Shown here: positions 31,278 through 31,432 of the stretch, piece after piece
How the letters are laid out: each line of letters begins with the position of its first letter
How positions within the stretch are numbered: position 1 is the stretch's first letter
DNA from: a virus
IMG/VR virus record: IMGVR_UViG_3300045988_078245
Length of the DNA: 31,432 bases
Direction: 5' to 3' (one strand)
Made by a program: the position numbers and the translations under genes
Notes under the pieces: model-generated
What the model was told of the DNA's origin: nothing
Databases searched by the model: none
What the model saw: the letters and a program-made list of their open reading frames with translations, nothing else

Positions 31278-31432
31278 TAATCTGCGAAAAAACGCAACGG
31301 CAGTACGAAACGCCTTTGTACTGCCAAGCACTTCGCCGGGGGACGAAAGCCTGATGGAGTTTCTGGGCATTCAAACATCCGGCAAACGGCCACAAAACGA
31401 TGTGACCTATTACATTTGCCTGAAAAAAAAAG
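31264..31432 (+). CDS. Portal protein 5' part (continues at base 100 of the window; 424 aa in total)
   Basis: ATG 31264 overlaps the TerL stop. It reads MPFFDNLRKNATAVRNAFVLPSTSPGDESLMEFLGIQ, in phase with ORF 21-1205. Confidence 0.85.
   Translation, partial: MPFFDNLRKNATAVRNAFVLPSTSPGDESLMEFLGIQTSGKRPQNDVTYYICLKKK

Noticed and set aside
31299-31325. Inverted repeat GGCAGTAC-N11-GTACTGCC inside the portal 5' coding region, sharing GTACTGC with the attP-side repeats
   Set aside because: It is a single occurrence within coding sequence. An 8-bp inverted repeat with a loose spacer is plausible by chance in 31 kb, so I noted it only as a possible extra binding site.
1-31432. Search for tRNA, rRNA, CRISPR arrays, reverse transcriptase or DGR elements, and transposase or IS elements
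   Set aside because: I saw no T-loop (GGTTCGAATCC-type) signature, no regularly spaced repeat array and no RT or transposase motif in any listed ORF. This was a by-eye check only. tRNAscan and CRISPR finders should confirm it.

Overview
This window is one circularly closed contig. Bases 1-99 are identical to 31334-31432, so the unique length is 31,333 bp. It carries a complete temperate HK97-type siphovirus genome with Firmicute-style signals (AGGAGG ribosome-binding sites (RBSs), TTGACA/TATAAT promoters). I could not run any homology search, so all family names come from motifs read in the translations.

Plus-strand late block:
- HNH endonuclease, small terminase (TerS), large terminase (TerL) and portal. 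The portal gene starts at 31264 and wraps across the contig junction to 1205.
- ClpP-like prohead protease, HK97-fold capsid and neck proteins.
- Major tail protein and the G/GT tail chaperone pair, with a canonical -1 slippery heptamer.
- A 996-aa tape measure, Dit, Tal and a BppU-like receptor-binding protein.
- Holin, a cysteine-peptidase/SH3 endolysin and a separate SH3-like protein.

Minus-strand block:
- A cargo operon and a type I toxin-like peptide.
- A repeat-rich attP-like region and a tyrosine integrase.
- A membrane-anchored DEDDh exonuclease, an ImmA/IrrE protease and an XRE repressor.

Plus-strand early block:
- Cro-like and excisionase-family helix-turn-helix (HTH) proteins.
- A HUH/Rep_1-like protein preceded by a 400-bp non-coding region.
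- DUF1064, PcfK-like and PcfJ-like proteins, an HTH/coiled-coil protein and an ArpU/RinA-like late regulator.

The most striking signal is at the DNA level, not a gene. The octamer CAGCGGGC (25 of 27 copies as GCAGCGGGC) occurs 27 times on the + strand and never on the - strand. It is read in all three frames and keeps its orientation through the inverted lysogeny block. It contains the Bacillus subtilis Chi core AGCGG, which fits a Chi-like or polar genome signal.

Other unexplained structure:
- A 18-bp palindrome family placed just upstream of three Shine-Dalgarno sites.
- Nested direct repeats next to the integrase gene.
- A convergent-promoter type I toxin/antisense locus.
- Face-to-face switch promoters.

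I saw no tRNA, rRNA or CRISPR array.
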